64,000 nt of DNA. Source: an uncultured Verrucomicrobiae bacterium. Lineage in GTDB: Bacteria > Verrucomicrobiota > Verrucomicrobiia > Palsa-1439. The position numbers and the translations under genes were made by a program. Below the pieces are notes generated by a model. That model had not been told where the DNA came from. It saw only the letters and a program-made list of their open reading frames with translations, and did not search any database. Shown piece by piece: positions 60,330 to 64,000 of the stretch (positions are counted from its first letter, which is position 1; every line of letters starts with the position of its first letter). Location of the stretch: positions 576,001 to 640,000 of the forward strand of contig CAWEWF010000001.1 of NCBI GenBank assembly GCA_963812605.1, written 5' to 3'.

Positions 60330-63300
60330 GTGGTCTGGGAAACAGTTCAACAAGCATTCCGATTCTGGAACCCGCGCGGGGCCGCGCGGATTCCAGATCG
60401 GGGTGAGCGATCCAGCAAACCTGCCGATCCTCCCTTGCGGGCCGAACTCTTTAATCTCGACCAGCTTCGAGCCCATGCCAGCGAATTGGCGGGTCGCCAT
60501 CAGATCGTTGAAAGTCATGGGCCCAGTAAGCTGCACCGCCGGCTGGCTGAGAACGAGGCCGTCCTGGTCGATGCCTACGAAGTGGCGGCGGCAGCCGTGG
60601 CGGGCGGTCGCCGTGTCAACCTCGCAGTGGAATGGCTGCTGGACAACTTCTATCTCATCAAGGAGCAAATCACCATGGCGCGCCGGCATCTGCCACGCGC
60701 CTACAGCCGGCAATTGCCCCGATTGCAAAACGGGCCGCGGGCCGGCTATCCACGCGTGTACGACATCGCCCTGGAGTTGATTACCCACACGGATGGTCGC
60801 GTCGATGAGGAAAACCTGGCCACATTTGTCTCCGCCTACCAGAGTGTGGCGCCGCTGCGGCTCGGTGAATTGTGGGCGGTACCGATCATGCTTCGGCTGG
60901 CGTTGATTGAGAATATCCAGTGGGTGGCAGCCCACTTGGCCGGTCGGCGCCGCCAGCGTGAACTGGCGGGCGATTGGGCGGACCGTATGCTGGCTGTCGC
61001 CGAACGCGATCCCCGGCGTTTACCGGACCTTCTTGCCGACATGGCGCGGTCGGATCCTCCCTTTACAAGCCCGTTCGTCCAGGAATTCTGTGGCAAGCTG
61101 CAAGGGCAAAGTTCCGCGCTGGCGTTTGTGCTGGGATGGGTGGAGCACCGTCTCAGCGAAGAGGGCCTGAGTATGGAGCATCTGCTCCGTGCCGACAGCC
61201 AGTCATTAGCGGCCGACCAGGTTTCCATTGGTAACAGCATTGCGAGCCTGCGTTTCCTGGGAGCCATGGAATGGCGGGTGTTCATCGAGAAGATGAGCCT
61301 CACCGAACAGGTGCTGCGCCGTGACCCCGCCGGCGTCTATGCCAACATGACCTTCGAAACGCGCGATCGTTACCGTCACTGCATTGAAGAGTTGGCCCAC
61401 CATTCCCGCTCTACAGAACAGGAAGTCGCGAGCGCGGCCATTCAAATTGCCACGACAGCGGCTGACCGTGAGGGACCAACATCGCGAACGGCCCACGTGG
61501 GGTTCTATTTGGTCGATAAAGGTCGGCCGACCCTGGAACGCGCGATCCAGGCGCGGCAATCGGTCAAACAATTCATCGCGCGCTTCGCCCGCCGGTTCCC
61601 GTTATTCTGCTATCTGACGCCCATCCTGTTTCTCACCGTGGGAACAACTGCCTGGGTGATGATGTGTGTCTCGCGGTTCGAATTGAGCCCCTGGAGTTTT
61701 TGGTTTCTGACGGCTTTTACCTTCGTGGCGGTTTCGCAGACGGCGATTTCCGTGGTCAACTTGCTGGCAACATTTTTGATACCTCCCCATTCCCTGCCGC
61801 AATTGGATTTTTCTCGGGGCATACCGACGGAACAGAAGACGATGGTCGTTGTGCCAACGCTGTTAACCAGCGAGGAAGCGGTAGCACAACTGATTGAAGA
61901 TCTTGAGGTCCGTTATCTCGGCAATCGCGATCCGAACCTGCTATTCGCATTGCTCACGGACTTCGCCGATGCCCCGGAAGAAAACCAGCCCACGGATGCG
62001 GAATTACTCGAGCTGGTCCGACACGGTATTCGCACGCTCAACGAAAAATACGCCGCGGAGAAGACAGCCGTTTTCCACCTGTTCCATCGCCCCCGGGTCT
62101 ACAACCCCCACGAACGCATCTGGATGGGCTACGAGCGCAAACGCGGCAAGCTCGAGCAGTTTAATACCCTTCTGCGCAGTGGTTCCCGCGAGCCGTTCTC
62201 CGAGATCATCGGTGATCTTTCGATACTTCCAACGATCCGCTACGTGATCACACTGGACACGGACACCCAGCTTCCTCGAGATACCGCCTATAAACTTGTC
62301 GGAACCATGGCGCATCCCTTGAACCGGCCGCAGATTGACCCGCAAACGGGCCGGGTCTTCGAGGGCTACGCGATCCTGCAACCTCGGGCGGTCGTCGGGC
62401 TGCTGGCCGCGAGCCGTTCCCATTTCTCGCGCCTGAGCGTGGGCGACGCGGGGATCGATCCTTATACCCATGAAGTATCCGACGTCTACCAGGATATTTT
62501 CGGTGAGGGCTCCTATGTGGGCAAGGGGATTTATGACGTGGAAGCCTTTCACCGTTCCGTCGGCGGACGTTTTCCGGAAAACCTGATTCTCAGCCACGAT
62601 CTGGTGGAGAGCGGTTACGCGCGCTCCGCGTTGCTCGGCAGCGTGGAATTGTTCGAGGACCATCCGTCGAGTTATCTGGTTGACGTTAGCCGGCGTCATC
62701 GCTGGATTCGCGGAGACTGGCAAATTGCCGGCTGGCTTCGTTCGCGCGCGCCGGCGGCTGATGGCAAGCGTCAGCCCAACGCGCTGACCCGGTTGGCGCG
62801 ATGGAAGATCTTCGATAATCTGCGGCGGAGCCTCGTGCCGCCGGCGACGTTGCTGTTGCTATTTGTCGGTTGGGTGGTCGCGCCGCAACCGCGCGGATTT
62901 TGGACCTTGCTTGTCGTGGCGTTGACCGCCTTTCCCATGGTGGTGTCGGCACTTCTGGAAGGTCTGCGCAAACCTCCGGAACGGACGTGGCGAATTCACC
63001 TGGATGTCACTGCAAAATCCACAGCCCGGCAATTGGCGCTGGTGGGATTGGCGCTGGCCATGCTGCCCTATCGTGCCTTCATCAATTTTGACGCGATTCT
63101 CTGCTCCGGCGTGCGCATGTGGTTTACGCGACGCGGCCTGCTGCTCTGGCATACTCGTGATAACGCCCGCCGCAATGCGCGAGAGACGCTGGCGGAGTTT
63201 CACCAGGAAATCTGGATCACGCCAGCGTTGGGCTTGGCGGCGCTGGCGCTGTTTTGGACGACGCATCCGGAGGAGTTACTCATCAGCGGGCCCTTATTAC

Positions 63301-63953
63301 TCTCCTGGTTGCTGGCGCCCGCGGCGGCATGGTGGATCAGCCAACCGATTGCCCTTACAACGAGTGTCTTGACGGAAGATCAACGCGCATTTCTTCGGTT
63401 CACCGCACGCCAGACCTGGCGCTACTTTGAAGTGTTCGTCGGGCCGGAGGAGAACTGGCTGCCACCGGATAATTTTCAGGAGATTCCGGTTCCGACCGTC
63501 ACTTCCCGCACATCCCCGACGAATATCGGCATGGCATTGCTGGCCAATTTGGCTGCGTACGATTTTGGGTATATCACGGTTGGGCAGTTACTGGATCGAA
63601 CTGACGAGACAATCTCCGCGATGGAAAAACTGGAACATTACCGCGGCCATTTATACAACTGGTATGACACCCGCGCGATGAAAGCGCTGCATCCCTATTA
63701 CGTGTCGAGTGTCGATAGCGGCAACCTGGCCGGCGCCCTGTTTGCTTTGCGGGCCGGTCTTTGGGAACTCAAATCCCAGCCGGTTTTCTCAACGCGTACT
63801 TTCGACGGTCTCGCGGATACCCTGGCCATCTTGTCGTCCTTGCCGGGTTCGTCCGCTCCTTGGGAACGGTTGCGTGAGAAGCTTCCATCATCAATCCCAA
63901 CCCTCGCCGCTTCCCGGGATCTGCTACAGGAGCTCGAGCCGGGATGCGGCTGA
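60330..63953 (+). CDS. cyclic beta-1,2-glucan synthase (NdvB/ChvB/Cgs), N-terminal part; probably continues past a frameshift or the window edge
   Basis: EWLLDNFY, ELWAVPIMLR, WMGYERKRGKL, TLDTDT, GKGIYD, LSHDLVE, RRHRWIRGDWQ, LPPDNFQE, RTSPTNIG. Confidence 0.9.
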   Translation: MVWETVQQAFRFWNPRGAARIPDRGERSSKPADPPLRAELFNLDQLRAHASELAGRHQIVESHGPSKLHRRLAENEAVLVDAYEVAAAAVAGGRRVNLAVEWLLDNFYLIKEQITMARRHLPRAYSRQLPRLQNGPRAGYPRVYDIALELITHTDGRVDEENLATFVSAYQSVAPLRLGELWAVPIMLRLALIENIQWVAAHLAGRRRQRELAGDWADRMLAVAERDPRRLPDLLADMARSDPPFTSPFVQEFCGKLQGQSSALAFVLGWVEHRLSEEGLSMEHLLRADSQSLAADQVSIGNSIASLRFLGAMEWRVFIEKMSLTEQVLRRDPAGVYANMTFETRDRYRHCIEELAHHSRSTEQEVASAAIQIATTAADREGPTSRTAHVGFYLVDKGRPTLERAIQARQSVKQFIARFARRFPLFCYLTPILFLTVGTTAWVMMCVSRFELSPWSFWFLTAFTFVAVSQTAISVVNLLATFLIPPHSLPQLDFSRGIPTEQKTMVVVPTLLTSEEAVAQLIEDLEVRYLGNRDPNLLFALLTDFADAPEENQPTDAELLELVRHGIRTLNEKYAAEKTAVFHLFHRPRVYNPHERIWMGYERKRGKLEQFNTLLRSGSREPFSEIIGDLSILPTIRYVITLDTDTQLPRDTAYKLVGTMAHPLNRPQIDPQTGRVFEGYAILQPRAVVGLLAASRSHFSRLSVGDAGIDPYTHEVSDVYQDIFGEGSYVGKGIYDVEAFHRSVGGRFPENLILSHDLVESGYARSALLGSVELFEDHPSSYLVDVSRRHRWIRGDWQIAGWLRSRAPAADGKRQPNALTRLARWKIFDNLRRSLVPPATLLLLFVGWVVAPQPRGFWTLLVVALTAFPMVVSALLEGLRKPPERTWRIHLDVTAKSTARQLALVGLALAMLPYRAFINFDAILCSGVRMWFTRRGLLLWHTRDNARRNARETLAEFHQEIWITPALGLAALALFWTTHPEELLISGPLLLSWLLAPAAAWWISQPIALTTSVLTEDQRAFLRFTARQTWRYFEVFVGPEENWLPPDNFQEIPVPTVTSRTSPTNIGMALLANLAAYDFGYITVGQLLDRTDETISAMEKLEHYRGHLYNWYDTRAMKALHPYYVSSVDSGNLAGALFALRAGLWELKSQPVFSTRTFDGLADTLAILSSLPGSSAPWERLREKLPSSIPTLAASRDLLQELEPGCG

Positions 63954-64000
63954 ATTGATCGCCGCTCTCCCGGAAAAGGGGATGCGCAATACAAATGGTG

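Overview
High-GC bacterial chromosome segment, probably Verrucomicrobiota/PVC (inferred from PEP-CTERM, H-X9-DG prepilin and PUR-family genes). The window opens with a complete tmRNA gene (233-587). A 2.86-kb mini-element sits at its CCACCA 3' end (588-3447) and encodes only a large serine recombinase and an IS630-type HTH protein. The crossover core lies inside the recombinase gene, so its last 15 residues differ between the integrated and attP states. The element also carries an exact, inverted 177-bp copy of its own attP in the middle, next to a hairpin-dense non-coding region. This could be an invertible integrase C-terminus switch and is the best candidate for an undescribed system. The rest of the window holds a surface-protein module, a polyamine/GABA catabolism cluster interrupted by a DNA methyltransferase + GHKL-ATPase cassette, an ECF sigma/anti-sigma operon with a catalytically dead HtrA, a MacAB-like pair, a PTP-RpiB-GlyA fusion, purD, opcA-zwf, several REP-like repeat families and a cyclic beta-1,2-glucan synthase. 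A 1.68-kb poly-G plus cytosine-free insert and homopolymer frameshifts in fba and zwf point to an error-prone assembly, so structural findings need read-level confirmation. Protein calls come from motif recognition only; no database searches were run.
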